From: Raillietiella orientalis
Lineage: Eukaryota
DNA length: 64,000 bases
Assembly (NCBI GenBank): GCA_036172245.1
Contig: JAYWIR010000021.1
Coordinates: forward strand, 1,798,001 to 1,862,000
Direction: 5' to 3'
Both the position numbers and the translations under genes were made by a program. Within the stretch, counting starts at the first letter, position 1, and every line of letters starts with the position of its first letter. The notes under the pieces are model-generated. The model was not told the origin of the DNA. It saw nothing but the letters and a program-made list of their open reading frames with translations, and made no database searches. Shown here one piece after another: positions 25,490 through 39,699 of this stretch.

Positions 25490-25514
25490 TCGATACAGTT
25501 CGTGGGGAGAAATT
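25490..25514 (-). promoter_or_regulatory. Putative RPL26 non-coding first exon starting in a TCT/5'-TOP pyrimidine tract
   Basis: The minus strand reads TTTCTCCCC (25512-25504), then a GTAATG donor at 25489 and a pyrimidine-rich acceptor just upstream of the ATG. Ribosomal protein genes typically start at such tracts. Confidence 0.45.
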
Positions 25515-28500
25515 TCAATACTCGTATTAAACACAACGGAAATTTCTTAACGCTACAAGTAGCTCAACTTTTCAGAGCTCGAGTTACGGAGCATGGAAGG
25601 TAAGAATTTTACTTCTGTGAATTTTCAAAGGCATGCCCAAAATATATCCAATGCAGGAACCGATGATATGCATTCCATTCTTCATATTTAATCAGGAATC
25701 ATTCACACAAGGAAAACACCAGGAAATAATACATGGTTTAGTACAAGACTCTCAGATCAAGAACATGGGAGTAATGATAGGCCAAAGTGACCGAAATCGA
25801 CACACACACACACACAAATTCAAAAAAGGCTTAAAATGATTAAACATTTACGTACTTTGTACCGAAATTCGTGTACACGCTGCACCATGAAGGAAATGGA
25901 ACCGCAGAGCTCAGAATTACCATTTGTTCTTAGTCATTAACAGAATATCTGCATACTAATTATAGTCAAACTGATGTGAAATCTAAAGAGAACAATACGA
26001 GTGATTAAAATAAAATGAAGGAAGACCTTGGAATGAAATTACAACTCTCTAAGAAAATGGAACAGCATAAATACTTATATGACCTTATGTATTGTACATT
26101 GACAAAGGAGAAGTATGTTTATAAAACTAAACAACAAAATCATTTTTCAAAATGTTGTCTTTTTTCAATTTTTTTAAATCCATTCCAGACTCAGGCTATC
26201 TGATAAATAAGTGCAATCGTCTACTTAAAATTTGTTTTTATTATATTTCAGATTTTATGAGCTAGACAAATCCTACAAAGGATCTAACAGCTGCAAAGGC
26301 TGATACAAAAGATTAACGAAGGCGACAGTGAAAAACTATCATTCCTATTTCTGTGGAAATCATGGGTGTTGCATTTCTCTCATAATGATATACAAAATTA
26401 AGGGTTAGTTTAGGAGTTAGCGGGCCATGACGAATCTTTTACCATAAGTATCGTAAAAGATAAATATAAATGGGTTGTGTTTTTTACTATTTTTAGACAT
26501 CACCCCCAAAATTTAGCGACGTATATGTGGGTTGTGTCGTGAGTTTCCATAACACTGAATTGAAAAATGGAATCTCCGACTTTGGAGAAATTTATATTTT
26601 TGTAAAGTTATGATGCCCATTTCTGTAGAATTCTTCGAAAATTAAAGACTTAAATAAAGTAATCTGTGCAACTATTTTGGTGAGTCTATGTGCATTATCA
26701 AATGATTTTGTGGAAGGCATGAATAATTGGGAATAAATTTTGCGCAAATGTACATTACAGTTGATGCAAAAATTCATCTCTTGCTTTCTTTAGTATTTAC
26801 TCTCATAGAACCTAGAGAAAAATGCTTTATTTTGTAAGTCTTGAAGCATTAGATGAAAAAGGAGGAACACTATGCAAATGTCACATACATTAAAAAGGTA
26901 CGAGTGCATCCATCTCTACATGAAACTGCAGTTTTTCAAAATTTCCACATGATTCCTATTTTCTAAATAATGAACCTGCATAGGCGATATCTTGGGATTC
27001 ACGAATAATTTGCACATAAGCGTGTTAATAATGACATTGAAAACTTCTGATTTAGAACCTTCTATTGTCACATGGCTGAGCCTGGAATTGGTTTTCGAAG
27101 ATTTGTCCCTGAGGCAATGTAGATAGTAAAGTTTCGTAAACAATGTAGTTTAGGACAAATGTAATGTATATGTTTATATGAAGAGTTTCTTAGATCAAGT
27201 AGCTCGAAGAACTTGTTTACAAGCTCCAAAGTAACGACACACAGCGGGAATAATGTTGCTTCTCATGGTATGTACTCAGACAGAAACTTTTCTAAGCTGA
27301 TCTCAACGAAAATTTATCTGTGCCAAAAGTGCATACTAAGAACAGGACTTTGCCTCTCTAATACAGAGAAGGGAATCAGTAGATTGAGATTCGGTCCTTA
27401 GAAACAGATCAAGAGATTGATTATGAGATAGATTTCAAACATTCCTCACTTTAGCACTCGGGATAAAAAAAAGGTATCGTTTCCTTGAAGAAGCCAGCGC
27501 GACATTCTCTATTCGAACTCCATGTTTTAAATCGGTTCCGGTTTAATGATGGAGCGGACCTGGTGGATTCATCAAAGAGAGAGAGAGAGAGAGAATCTTA
27601 TCCGAAACGGCGTAGAGATGGCGATTTTGACGAAGCTCGTCTACAAGAGGAGCTATGTCAGAGGCAGCCCCAGGGATACTGGTCACGGCAAGCCTCTCCG
27701 GAATCCTCTCAACCGGCTCGCTGATGAGGCCAATCGTCGAAGTTTAGTGGAGGTCTCGAAAAGGAAAAGGCAGCCATTGGCGTTGTGTCTCTTTCCGTGA
27801 CCCCATCCCCAGCCCTGCATTTCATAGCAAACTCGCGGTCACTCTGCATGGGGAACTTGTGTCCGGTGAGTTTTCTCTCGATTCACACTTTGGGTCAAGG
27901 TTCTTTCGGTTCTTTGGTTTTTTGTGCCTTCAATGCTCATGAATCACTAGTAGAAGGAGGAACTTCGGTGTGGGAACAGGAAGTTGCGAACATTTCACAC
28001 ATTTGCAAGTTCATATACCTGAAATGGTTAGGAAAATGCTTGGAATAGTCACAAGAAACTGCCTGGCAATGTAAAATTATGTACAGCCGCGGCTGTCATA
28101 GTTTTTGAGACTTGTAAATATGATTCCTGCTTTACTCTAATTTTATTGATTTCTCCTCTCTTTCGAGTTGGCAAGCCGTAGAGTTATAATTCAAGATTCT
28201 CATATACATATATATATATATATGTTTGCAAGTTTCCTTGCTTGATGTTTTGCTTTAATCAAATTAAGAAAGGAGTTCGCGGTCAGGAAGGAAGCTGCAA
28301 GCACATGAATTGAACGTTTTTTCCAAGGGACGTCTCACTAAGATGGGGTGATTTAGAAACAGAAATTCTCAAGCGCTTCCGGCAAACGTGTCCAGTCCAA
28401 TATTTGGTTTTTCGACGCTTTGAGTGGAGGACCAAAAACACACATCCCACAATTGGAGCCGCACCTTTATTCAGTTACCTTAAAATGAAAAAGCACTGTA

Positions 28501-29149
28501 ACTTTCACTTTCCTTCGGATTTCGATCGTTCCATATCGTTCTGTTCCAATTCTTTCCACCAGTTCTAATTCTAAATTTTCCTTCTTCTTTGAGACCAGAA
28601 AGCAACAGGTTCATTCGAAATTTGAAGTGAAGAGGACATCCTGATGGACCGTCTCCAAAGCAACTGACTTCAAGCTACAATTCCAAGAAAATGCTCAAAT
28701 GGTGTGGCACAATGCGAGATGGGTTATTCGGATGTGTTTAATGAAAGTCAATTAAATCAATTCGAAAATTCGTCGGTCTAGAAGAACTCTTACAAAAGTG
28801 ACCATGCTTCTTCTTTTTGCTATAGAAAATCAAATCAACTGAATAAAGGACAGCCAATTTGGCAAAGAAATGAGAGTCGCGCGTCGACTATCAAATTGGA
28901 AGAGTGTGTGTCTTTCAGAGAGCGACCTTCAGAGTGTTTCAAGGAAAGAATAGAAAAACTATATGAAAAAAACAAAGAGAGAAAAGAACCGCATGATGAA
29001 AAAAGAATCGTACGCGCGTGATTACGGAGATCATTCAAAAATGAAAGTCGTATTGAATTGTGTTATGCAACATCTTAGTATGATCGGTCATATTGAATTA
29101 TTGATAGGAACGACGACATCAGACGGGGAAGGAAACAAAAAACGTTGGA

Positions 29150-31150
29150 ACTTCTGTCGGCTGCTGAAAGCATCTCGAAAAGAGTTGGAAGATGCAGCCG
29201 CTCTCGGTGAGGGCTGTGATTCGAGTCAAGGAAATTCATTTCCAATGTTTGCAGCTCTCGATTGAGAATTTCCCCACTTTTCCATTGACCGTCGCTGGAG
29301 AAGAGGGGTGCACAGCCGAGGAAGTGCATGAGAATGCCATGAGATCTTCGGTGTACTCAAGGTGCGCACCAATTTTGAAGTGTTCCAGAAAATCCCGGTA
29401 AGAATCGAGCACACCGCGTGCCGTCTTCTCTCACAAGCTTGGACTGCGCCAAGGATTCCAAATTCCTTCCTCAGCTACTTGAAAGCCCATCGTGTTCACT
29501 GCCTGTGGGCAGCGGTGGATTTGGTGTCACTGCAATGCTGCAAAGGTCGACCGCGTGCACCTCACTGTGAAATCTAGGAAGAAGCACTCCCCAAAGCACC
29601 TGGACCAATGTAATCCACTTCCAAGAGAACCGCTTCAGTGTCTGAAGGGATGCTATCATGAAGCTTCACAAAACACTCTCAAAAAAGAAAAAAGGGCGTT
29701 TTCCCACATGCGAGGACACACAAAAATGAGACAAATAAACGAAAAGTAAGAAGGAACTCCATCGGTGGACTTCGAGGAATCGACTCCAAACCACTTCCTC
29801 GAAGGGTTCGGTGGACAAATTTCTGGGCTCTCAGTTTCTTGCTGCGTGTAAAGTTGCCGGAAAAGTGTTCTAGCGAGTGCTCGAGGAGCAAAGTTGTGTA
29901 TTGGGCAACGAGCGTATTTACGAAGTGGACATCCCGCTTTTTTAATTTTAAAAAGAAAATTTCATTTTCGCTCGTTTCGGTGAAGACGGCATTTCCCGTG
30001 TCGTCGTCCATTTTCCACTTCTGGCGCAGATTTCCTCCCAAATCGCGATGAGTGAGTCTCCCCGTGAATGCAGCGGCATCCACGTTTCGACAGAATCCTC
30101 GCCACCCGAAACGGTCCAGGAGCAACATCCGGAAACCTACAACTTCGGTCTCGACTCGGGACTTTCCTGAGTGCTTCTGTTTGGAGATTGGAGACATTGC
30201 ATTCCCAATGAGAATCTCCTTCCTCTCCATGAAAAATGGGATCCGAATTCCAGCAAGCTATGTGTTACAGAGTGAACACAAGTGTTTACCTTGAAAAGGT
30301 TGGCTTCAATGTTCCTCAGACATGTTGGTCATGAGTGAGAACGACGTTTTCTTCCTCTCCCTACAGGATGCAAAGATGAAATCAATTCATGGAGAAAAGG
30401 AAAAGATCGTTGTTATACACAGATCCGTATTGCAGCAGAAAGTCTACATCACGAGTTTCATGGTTCTAGATGTTTCGGAGACTCTTCACATCTGTGGAGT
30501 GTTGGATGCCTCTTGTAATTTTTCTTAGCTTTCAGCAGCTATGGAAAAAAGAAAAAAAAAATCAACTGCAAAAGATTCCAGACTCACGGAGAGGAAACTC
30601 AAACTGGATGATAACGAACCCAGCGCAAACCTTGAAATCGTTATATGCTCCAAGACATGATGCTGCTTGCATCCGAGGTAAACCACAAAGATGATGGGTA
30701 CGAAGAAAATTTTCGACCTGGAGAATTCCTTATTTATAGAGATACCTGGAACTATCTTCAGAAAGCCAGAAATTTCAGTTGCGCGAAGATTCGCGAATGG
30801 GACCACAGAGCTGCGGGGGTGGCTGAGAAATGCACATTGCCCTAATGTGTGCCTTACATTCCACCATCGCAGTCCAAAAGTACGTACAAAGTCTGTGAGT
30901 GGTGCTGTAACGTCACGTGCATCCAGAAAAGTGTATCTGGTCGATTCCGCTCGATCTTATTTGCTTCCGGAGCATTCTCAAGGAAGGAAAATGGTCTAAA
31001 TCCCAGGACAACCGTCCGATGTTCTAACAGAGCCAAGCCAGCAGAAGAGTTCTGTTCCGTTTGGAGCCAACCAGTTGCTCCCATGCCTCTGGAACTGCAC
31101 TAAGAGGTACTCACCGACCAGTCAAGCTTGCACCCAAAATTGCAAAAGCC
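29150..31150 (+). mobile_element. Heavily decayed LINE ORF2 remnant
   Basis: Eroded motifs in ORF2 order: 'FPLTVAGE', 'RRNSIGGLRGID', 'RDFPECF' and 'IEIPG'. There is no intact frame. Confidence 0.25.
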
Positions 31151-32149
31151 TGAGCGATCCCCACGTGCCCTTATTTGACGCCCATACAAAGTACGAGGAG
31201 TACGTACCACACGGCTACTGGTGATGACATCTGAAATCAAAGTGGGTAACCGTCGCTGGACTCACTCAGAGGCAGCGTGACATTACATGCACGTAGTGAT
31301 GCTGAGGGCGCGACTTCAGCAAGGTCATCAGCGTTCCTTTTGCATGTGTGTTTCATTTCCTATTTCTCATGAATGCCCTGTCTTTGTAGAGCTTGCGACT
31401 ATGAAACTGAGCACTGCTTTAGCTTTCGTTCAATTCGCAGTGGCATACATTTCCTTCCTTCCAGGAGGGGACGGTAATTCCATGTTTCCTTTGGTTTCCT
31501 TGTAGATAGCATCGCTAGAATCTTAGACTCAAATGCTGTGACTTCGAAAGCTCAGTCATTCTTTCGATGCGATCCCACAAAAGGAGGTCGATGCTAAGAA
31601 ATCACTAATGACGATCAGAGGATGGCAAGGTGCATCCGTTCTCATCGCTGGCTGCAGATGCTTTCGTAAGAAATACCCTGAAGCGAAGAGCATTTCATAC
31701 ATTTCAGAATCACTTCATTGGATGCCAGCCAGATGTGAATGGCAGAGCTGCTGCCTTTCAGATGCCGTTTGTTAATTTGTCCTTTGTGCTCTCCGTTGAT
31801 ATAGGGAAGTATCTTTTCATCCCATCATGAGTGATATTGCTCCTCGTGGATACGCCATTATCACAATTTTCATCAGTCACCATGCAGCGGAGAAGAATCG
31901 AAGTCTAGGAGCGGCTTCATCCCTCTTCGCTCCAATCCAGGAACACCACTTGCGCTACGAATGCATAGGAATGTCACGAAAACACAAAGGGGGCAGGATG
32001 ACTGTACCCCAATCTTCTATCCACCCGAAAACTCGAGTCTTGCGCAGAACTGACCATGTCGCAAGCCGCTTCAGGCAGATGCTGGATTCCGTTTGGACTC
32101 TTCCTTTGAGCGAGCTTCTTGGTTAGGCAAAGCTTCGATTCGGCGGAGA

Positions 32150-34800
32150 GCGTTACCAGGAACGGCGGTGAAGATAGATCAGCTGTACAGAAAGGAGTGA
32201 CACCTCCGTCTCCGCATGCAGAATGCACGTATGGCAACATAGGGGCGAAGGGCTAGACTGCTCATCTGGCTGGCGACTTGACCCACATCCGGACGGGATT
32301 CCACAAATCCCAAGAGTGTTCTGACGCGCTCTTTGGCTGCGATTCATCATCGATGTTTGCTTCGATGTGGCTCTCGAGCCGCCTGATAAAAAAACAGGAG
32401 AACCGGGATTTCTGGATCTCGGATTTCGCCCGAACAGTCCTCCAAGGGACGTTCCCTGCTGCTTCCCGTCACTGTGGCCCGTATTCGGATACGTGGTTGC
32501 AGCAGCCTAGCAACTGCACTTTGCGGCTGCAGGATCCACCTCGATAGCACACCACAGTTTCGCCACGTTTCTTTCCCCGGCACACGTGCATCTCGATGCG
32601 GTGCACTTTGCTCACTTGCGAGCTTGAGGGTTTACCCTTAATGCACGAGATAATCCAAATCCAAATCTCTCGGAAAGATATGCCTTTACGGGAACATCAA
32701 AAGTGTGCGTCCCTTCCATAAATTTTAAATTTTTTTTCAAAAGGACCGCCAAGACTTTGCACAAAGGTGAATGAAAAGAAATAACAAGAACAGCAACAAC
32801 GATTCGGTTCGCAAAACAGTAGGAAGGAAGAGCTGCAAATTTATGACTCTTCACAAGATTTCTGCTCGGCCAGTCGAAGGGCGTAGAAAAAAGACGGGTC
32901 CAAGGCTTTGCCATGAGCACAGCCAAGTTTTTTGCCGACTTATTTTGCCTCTCGCAGCTACACCAAGGAGAACATCACACGGGTGACCTCCGCTGGAAGG
33001 AAATGAGGACGTGAGCATCCTGAACCCGGGGTTCTGAACGGTCCGTAATTCTCCTCATCGACGGGGAGCAAAATTCGGGGGTACTTCTTTCTGCGAGGTG
33101 AGACGGCTGTCTCGCAACATATCAAAATCACGGGCAGGTGAGATCCTGGCCTGTGACTCCTTCCTGGAGTTTCTTTCTGAGCTGCAAATGAAGGTGAACC
33201 GAAGCCAAGTCTTCACCTCAACTTGGATCAACTTGAGCTCGGACATGAGTGGCTCTTGCAGGACCGTAGATGTCCTTCCCAGGTGCTGGAGTGTGGAAGG
33301 TTACACAGCACTTGCGATTATTCTGTATGTTCCTGCAATTAAGTTGGTCAACGAAATCCCAACATGCATTTTGGAGGTCGCGCTTTCCCTGCCTGTTTCA
33401 GGTCACGAGGAAAAGCGCCCTCCCAGTTTCCTGTTGGCTATTAAACCCCAGATCCGGGAGGTGGAGCACTTCGAGGTTTACCAGCTGCAGAAGCAAGGAA
33501 GTGGATGTCGACCCAGCAGAAGTGGTGGCTTATGGAAACAGAGCAACACGTCTTTGGCTCAATCGGTCTTCGATACATGCGAATTCACATGGAGGCCCTC
33601 TCACTATGGGGTTGCCCCCCAGTCACAGGCACTCTCGGGCGGCATGGACGGTACTTAAAGACCATTGTGAATGCCTTCCACGTCATCACCATGCGATCGC
33701 TCTCCCGAAAGAGAGTAGTCAAGTTTATAGAAAAAGGCGAAGAATACAAAGACTTGGAAACACTTAGCACTAGGTCTGGGCGGGGCTGCTGGAATGCCTC
33801 ATTGCTTTCCTGTTTCGAATGGGGGAAGGAAACGCGACTCTGGAGCAGCGGCACAGCCCGGAGCCGTGCTGGAATAGGAGCACACACCAACTTCTTTATT
33901 TTCTGCCAGGAAAGATTCAGCGGGTACGGTTCTGAGAAAGATTCACGAATGAAGCTCATCCTATTGTTTTTTTTTTTTTCTTCTTCTCATCAGCGGGAAC
34001 CACCGCTCACGTGACTGCGTTTCTTTCTTTCCTTTTTCCTTTGAACAGAGCAACACAGAATGCCCTTGACAGAAATCCGCAGTGGAGAAAAAGCATGGAG
34101 GCGAAGGGCGTCAGAGATCGCAAGTGCAGGCTCTCTCTCCCTGCGTTCTCCCTGCGTTCCGGCTGCCGGAACGCTCCCCTGCAACGGTCAAGGGTTCACA
34201 TGAACCCCTGACCAATTCGACGGAAACCCCTGCTTGCAGGTGACTTGGCTAGAACAACCAATGCGATCCGTCACCGACAAACCCGACTGGGCTTGCATCG
34301 TGAGAAACAGCCTCGATGCTTTATGACTGGATGCACTCGTAGTGATGGAGCCGAAGGTTTTGAAGACAAAACAACGAGATTTTGGCTTCCGAGCCGAGCA
34401 CCATCGAACATGCGAAACTTCTGAGGGGCGAAGATCGGAAGTCGGCATCGAAGATCCAGCCACACCTCAGTTGGCAACCCTGAAATTAGCTCCGGTCTCT
34501 CGAGAGCAGTGGTCACCACGAAAGAACTCCCTCATCACATCGCCCTAGAATTCTTCCACGTCCATTCTCTGCATGTCTCGCCACGTCAGGGCGCTCTTCC
34601 CTACTCCCGACGTTACTGCGCCCGTGGTTCGCTCTCTGTTTGCTGCGCCCAGCAAAGGCGCGGGACGATGTGCGAGACCGCCTTTTCCGGAATTTCCTCA
34701 CCGACTCTTCCCCCTCAGGTCTCCATTCCTATCCTGGTGATGGGGCATGCCGAGACTCCCAGCTTCTGGGCGGGATGTGAGATTTTGCAGCAGATATTTG
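32150..34800 (-). mobile_element. Decayed L1/Tx1-like ORF2 (endonuclease-RT)
   Basis: Minus strand, in order: 'GLPTEVWLDLR...ARL', 'GGNPIVRGPPCEF' (K.PG.DG.P.EF), 'ISLTN...YRIIAS' (ISL.N.DYKI.A) and 'RDFDML' (KAFD.V). Confidence 0.55.
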
Positions 34801-36501
34801 GGCAGCAGTAGCTGCCGTGATGAGGGCAACAACTTATCGAGTTCTGCAAGTTCCAGAAGGAGAGTTCAGCCAATGTTGGCACCTGGAAGATAAAGAACGC
34901 TCAGCTGTTCTTTAGTAAGAACACGACCAAAAAAAAACCAAAAAACGCAAGCGATCATTGGATACTCTTGGATCATTGGATCATTTGATTCTAAACCTAC
35001 GAAATCTCCGGTCTCGCTTCCGTGTCGAGGGGTTTTACCACTTTATGAAAGATGCTGCGCAGAGGCGCAGACCTTGTGACTTCATGGATCTTTACTCGTA
35101 TCCGCTGGGACAAGAAGACCCAGGAACTCGCAGAGAGTGTTCGCGTTAGAAGTTATTGCTCGCAGTTTCGCTGTTCTTCTGAAACCTTTCGAAACGCTCC
35201 TTCCTATGGCTCGGAAGCGTCCATTTGATTTGCAAAGGCTTGTTGAAAAGAGGTAGACTTCACAACCGCGATTCTTCGACTAAGAAAATAGATCAAAGGT
35301 GGACAAGAACTGCCTCTTTACGGTTTTGCTGAATCTGTTTTGTTGCTATCACAGAACACAAGCTTTTCCACTTCAAAACCGATCTGCTGACCTATTTTTA
35401 AAAAAATTGGTCACTCACAGTGCAGTCGGAATCTCATTGGATTGGATGACCTTACAATACGGAAAACTATAAAGAAAGAACGAACTCTTCACACAGAAAC
35501 GAAGGGAAATTGAAAATCCGCCCTGCAAGATGTTTCAACTCAAGGCTCCGTCTTCGGTGAATCTGGACCATTGGATCAATCACACACCCACGCCTTGCAC
35601 GCGGGATTTTTCTAAAGACCTTGGCTCACGCTGGCAAAATCACTTTCCCTACTTGTGCTCCTTAGGAAAAGAAATACATGAATCAGACCTAAAGTAATGT
35701 ATGTGACGCGTGATGGTGAAACCTTAGGAATGTTTTTCAGGACTGCAGTAATCCTTTGACGACCTTTTCCAGCATGCTAATCCCGGCTAGGAACCCTCAG
35801 GAAATGTACAGAAAACTAGAAGGGAGTGTGAGCTTCCCAGCTCTTCCAGGCGCTTGCAGTGGCACGTGTCGCGAGGGTACGGAAATGGAACCAAACAGTT
35901 CGATATTCCAGGAAAAGACTCCCCAAGGACCCGCGGATCCAGAAGGACTCGGACGGGTGCAGTTTACAGGGACTCAAGACTTCGTCCGAGCGTGTGAGCA
36001 GATGAATTCTTTATTGGCTTAATGACCATGCTAGAGACAGCATCAGGCAGAATGAGCCATGCTGCCATAATTCAAGACAAACGAACAAGAGTTCCGATCG
36101 CGAAGGAGGAAAAACAGCAGCAAAGACTTGGCCGCCTTCGCACGGAGCACGCAGTTGTGGCTATAAACTTGAATGAGCTCGCCACTCCGTCTCGGTTTCA
36201 AAGTGCGTGTTCCCAGGAAGAGGAAAGATCTCTGATGGTTTATGGATTACAGCTGCATGTGGTTTCTTTCTCAAAGAATCACCAGCTACCGAGAAGACTT
36301 TCAAGACTCCAAAGAAAAGGAAAAAAGAAAGAATGCACGTGTCCTGTCAGGGCCACTCACAGACGGAGAAGAGTAAGTGGAAGGGAACAGGGCTCGAAAG
36401 AGGATTCATAGACGAACGAATGCAGAATCTGCCAGGACCATTTGGGCTCTATGGCTATGGGATCGAGATGTGTGCGGTCATTAGAAATCGGCCGAAATCA
36501 T

Positions 36502-37105
36502 CATCGCCTACTTGCTTGCCGATCGATGGAAGCCACGCCCACGTGCCGTCACCGGAGTTCCGCACCCTGAGCAGTGGAACAGAGGTCTGCGAGGTGGCGA
36601 GTTTGCGGCTCGCCTGCAGTGGACGGCGACGAGAGAGCTTCGACCCGCGCATCGGCATCAGAGCGTCTTCCGGATAAGTTTCCCGGAAGACGCTCCCTCC
36701 TAGGAGTCGCGTTCGCCACGCTCCGATGTGCGGGCTGCGAGGTCCACGCGCAGCATCCTCATGGGGTACCTGACGGCACCTGCTGACACCACCTTTCCCG
36801 AAGAGAAGCTCCAGAAGCACGGCTGCTCGCACCGGCGGCAGCAACGTTGGCTCCGCGAACCGTCGTGGAGCCCGCGCCCCTTTCGTCCGCTTCCGTGGGA
36901 TGCGCACGAGGGGGACGCTCGCCGGAGGGGGTGCCAAATGTCCCACGTAAAGTCGGGACGGTACGTTTCGAGGTGGGGGCCACATTGGGCGCGGAAAGGC
37001 TCGCGGCTGATCTCAGTCCTTTAGAGCAAACATGCTCAACGTAGGGATGCTTTATTACCATTATTATTATTATTTTTTTTCAATCTCGAGATAAGAGCAG
37101 TCAGT
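36502..37105 (+). repeat. 604-bp near-identical direct duplicate of 45896-46499
   Basis: Colinear at offset 9394, with two substitutions seen. It contains LINE ORF1-like sequence, a 13-bp-stem hairpin and a (TTA)n-Tn tract. Confidence 0.95.
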
Positions 37106-38089
37106 TGCAGGAGAAGTGTTCCGTTCTTCGATGCTCAGGAAGCTAAATCTGGAAAACGAACTCTTACGTATATTGTGTGCGGATAGGAAAATTGTTCATG
37201 GCGTAAAGGAAGCACAGGTTGCACCTTGAAGACCCGGTTAATCCCCAAGGTAAAATTCCCGGTGGAATCCTCCCAAAATCTGAACGACGAAGCCTGTTGA
37301 CTGGCTTATTAGAATTCCATGACGCAGCTGTGTTGATTAAGGAACGAAGACTAAGGACGGAGGTTAGGTTGGTGGAGTCCACGTGCTGAAAATGGGTTTC
37401 CAACTCTGAGGGAACTCTATGGGCACTTGTGATGTTACGGCAATCAATGCATCGCTGCTGAGTGGTCGTTAAAATTCAGCCTTTTGAGAAATACCACGCT
37501 TCTGAGAATGTGGTCATTTTGCCATAATGTTGCCGCTAGCAATTTCACGAAGCAGAGCCTTGCAAAGATGGAATTCTCGGGTGGAGGTGCGGCGCAGGAC
37601 ATGTACGAAGGACGTCAAGTACGCTCTGCTGCGCAAACTGAGGAACAAATACAAAGAATTCAGAGGGAATTCTGATCAATCGCCTGGATTCGAGCAGAGT
37701 CACTCATTTAATAAAAAAATTTGCAACAAAAGTTTGCCCGTTCGGAAGGGCGGAATCTTCGATCCTCGGAGGAAGTGTGTTAGAATAAAAAGTCTACAAG
37801 AGTTGGCATCACTGGAACTTACTTTCATCCCGAGCAGGCATAGCGTATAGAAGAGCCTGCAATAGAATGTACGAAAACACAACGGCGTCTTCGCAGGTTA
37901 GTTAATGATGTCATCATGCTTCAAGAAAGGTAAATAAGGTGCCCTTTTTGGCGTAAAGGTAGCCGAAAATCCATGGGAGACGCAATGCACTGCAGGAAAG
38001 CAAGAAGGAGGAAAGGAAGGCGTAGGGAGGAATTCCAAAATTGATTGAAACGGGCATATCCAATCAGGCTAACATTCCAGGAGACTTAC

Positions 38090-38900
38090 CTGGTAGAGGA
38101 ACAGAAGGAGTCTCTGGAAGATGCATCGTTATGAGAGCCAGGATGACGCTGCCAGATCAAAGGCAAGACCGTTCGCTCGATGCATGAGGAGCGCGTGACT
38201 TCGAGTGCGCGTCGGAAGCTTGAAAGAATGCCTGCAGGCAACGAGAAAAAAAGTGCAAAAGTCCAGGGGTGCTCTTGGAGAGCATCCACGAACCAGCCGC
38301 CAATCCGCGCGATAAGAAGCGAAGAAGCCATCGACTTAGTGAGTGCTTGACAACTGCTCGAACTGTCGGCGAATTCGCAGCCTGCTCCTTGAGATGGACC
38401 GGTCAGCAACAGCCTGTATCCACCAAAAATCCACGGATGGCACTCCGATGTCGTGAGCGCGGATCCCATTCTTGAGGACAAGCTTCCGCTGGCTCCTTGT
38501 TCCAGTCGGTGACCTCACGTGCTCTTCTGTCTGCGTGTGGTGTGTGATGTACGCATACATCCTGTTCACGTCCGCAGACACGTGAGATGATTCCAGGATC
38601 GAAACACCTCCCACACATCTCTTCGTGGCAGGCCAACCTGTCTGCCGAATAGGACGAACGGGTGCGAACCTTCACTCAAGGAGAATCCCTCGAGGTTGAC
38701 CGTCCTCCAAACAAGTTTCCTCACAGGGAAAATGGATGGAAGAACGAAATCCGCAGATGCAACGCGCAATGTGACGTGAAGGAAGGAACAATAAAGCAGG
38801 AGGAATACCTGCGCCTTGGTTTCCACTCTTAGTGTCGGTAGATTCTCTGAATCGTTCTCCGAATCTTCTCAACTCGATGGGTCGGAGCTCGTTAGAAGAA
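38090..38900 (-). mobile_element. Decayed LINE ORF1 knuckle plus endonuclease fragment
   Basis: 'CGRCFDPGIISRVC' (CCHC-like) followed by 'HPWIFGG' (PW..GGDFN) and 'FVDALQEHP'. Confidence 0.5.
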
Positions 38901-39089
38901 ATGTGCTGCAGGCCTTAATTTCTGCACATTTGCAAATTCATTTCTTTTTTTCCTTTTGCACTTATGGATGTCCTCTACTTTCAGTAGTCCAACCGATGGA
39001 TGAGGAGGTGGATTTTCATTAGCACGCCTCGCAGCGAGAATGGTTCCCCTTCCAAAAATGTCCGAGGGATACACACACATACAAACGTT

Positions 39090-39690
39090 GAGGCCATGAG
39101 GCTGCTGAGGTCTCCGTGTGTGGCAAAAATCCACCCCCCGAGAAATGGATTCGAGTTCCTCCTGCAAGATGACGCTGGTTGGCCTCTATTCGGATGCGGC
39201 GGTGCCCACGATGAGTGGCCGGATTGGGAGTCGACCCTCCAAGTTCTTCCAGGAAACAGAATCAGGGAGTGAAAGTTCTCCTCCGGTTGTGCGAAGGAGT
39301 GGACCCCTCCTTTGGGGTGGGACCCTCCGTCTCGTGCCATGGAGCTGGTGGATCGATGACACCTCTTCCGAGTGCAGAGAAGCGCGCCGCTCCCTTCGGG
39401 GAGCGCCCTTCTGAGAAAATCCGGAAGCGTCCCTCCGGGGTTCTCTTCAGAGGGGTAAACAGGACCAATTCCCTTGCAGGTTCCCTTGGGAGAAGAAAGA
39501 GCGTCTCCCTCCGAAGTCTGATCTCTGGAGAGAATAAGGAAGGAGGTTTCCCTTCGAGGATCCCACCCTAGGCGTCAGAGGAACGGACTTCCTTCTCCGG
39601 AGCCCCTTCCTGGATTCATAGGGTGGTCTCCCGTCCCGCGATACCCCCTATCCTGAAGAATTACATGCACCCTCCGGGGGCATGGAACAG
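39090..39690 (+). mobile_element. Copy of the tRNA-headed GC-rich repeat, with the B-box deleted
   Basis: GTCTCCGTG.GTGGC and GAGAAATGGA are shared with the 2.5-kb copy. CGAGTTCCTCCTGCAAGATGACGCTGGTTGGCCT, GGGAGTCGACC and CGGAAGCGTCCCTYCGGGGTTCTCTTCAGAGG are shared with the reverse complement of 57.2-57.9 kb. Confidence 0.7.
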
Positions 39691-39699
39691 CGTTGCTGC

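Noticed and set aside
25593..26320. Possible gene divergent from RPL26 (ATGGAAG|GTAAGA, acceptor ~26251)
   Set aside because: The spliced frame stops after a few codons and no protein can be supported.
27715..27770. CTGATGAG...GAAA hammerhead-like core
   Set aside because: Stems I and III cannot be formed, and the best stem II pairing consumes core nucleotides.
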